The notes under the pieces: model-generated | Database searches by the model: none | Seen by the model: the letters and a program-made list of their open reading frames with translations, nothing else | What the model was told of the DNA's origin: nothing | IMG/VR virus record: IMGVR_UViG_3300011337_000358 | Reading direction: 5' to 3' (one strand) | From: a virus | Taxonomy: Duplodnaviria; Heunggongvirae; Uroviricota; Caudoviricetes | Length of the DNA stretch: 64,000 bases | Made by a program: the position numbers and the translations under genes | Part shown: in pieces, positions 63,973-64,000 of the stretch | Layout: the number at the start of each line of letters is the position of its first letter | Position numbering within the stretch: position 1 is the stretch's first letter

Positions 63973-64000
63973 ATGCGTAGGAAAACAATCATCGAAGGTT
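63973..64000 (+). CDS. 3'-truncated paralog of 63633-63905 ('MRRKTIIEG…')
   Basis: Cassette promoter at 63910-63938. The N-terminus is near-identical to the previous gene. Confidence 0.45.

Noticed and set aside
1-64000. T5-like phage identity (suggested by the many strong promoters)
   Set aside because: The polymerase is family B with clear gp43-like N-terminus and size. T4-type ligase and CTS-bearing internal proteins are present. T5 uses a Pol A-type polymerase.

Overview
This window reads as an AT-rich (~38% GC) segment of a T4-like myophage genome (Straboviridae-like). The main support is a family-B DNA polymerase clearly homologous to T4 gp43 (exonuclease 'FFDIEVDF' and 'YGDTDS' motifs). 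Supporting it are a T4-type ATP-dependent DNA ligase ('KLDGVR'), a 5'-3' exonuclease/RNase H, a possible gp45-like clamp, and many strong sigma70-type early promoters (TTGACA-17-TATAAT) in front of small genes. Almost all genes are on the + strand, with short ATGA-type overlaps between neighbours. The exceptions are a 4.3 kb minus-strand block (28460-32804) and a few single minus-strand genes.

The most interesting content, in order:
- **7-deazaguanine DNA modification.** FolE, a QueD/PTPS-family protein, QueE and a DpdA-type transglycosylase are present, with no QueC found in the window. They are interleaved with a sugar-activation and transfer module: two cytidylyltransferase-like enzymes (one fused to a cupin), a GT4 glycosyltransferase, an extended-SDR epimerase, a class II aldolase, an SGNH hydrolase and a 2OG-Fe(II) oxygenase. 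This looks like a candidate new DNA hypermodification pathway.
- **Injected internal-protein genes.** A minus-strand block and one plus-strand paralog encode proteins whose N-termini match the T4 capsid-targeting / prohead-protease cleavage pattern ('MRAxEFxTE|A'). Their cargo domains include a protein-kinase-like fold, a ParB/sulfiredoxin-like domain and an Fe/Mn superoxide-dismutase-like protein. Each operon is preceded by a T4 late-promoter-like 'GATAAATA' motif.
- **A host proteostasis and translation takeover island.** It contains ClpX, ribosomal protein bS21, Hsp20 (preceded by a ROSE-like candidate RNA thermometer), ClpS and ClpP. Elsewhere in the window are a YccA/Bax-inhibitor-like protein and an SPFH lipoprotein, both plausible FtsH modulators.
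- **Periplasm-targeted proteins.** A secreted SNase-like nuclease, a TctC/Bug-like binding protein and several lipoproteins are candidate superinfection-exclusion or envelope-remodelling factors.
- **Smaller items.** A TilS-like lysidine synthetase domain, a Dps homolog, a UvdE homolog, an orphan class-I glutamine amidotransferase and a radical SAM enzyme are present. There are seven near-identical promoter/5'UTR cassettes. Several small paralogous families appear (MNERIRQ…KEHFGVEE; acidic 'WEF.DD' proteins; MRTKTIIEGF). There is one anomalous GC-rich intergenic element with 16S-primer-site-like motifs.

No tRNA or CRISPR array was found. Functional calls rest on motifs recognised by eye from the translations. 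No database search was possible.
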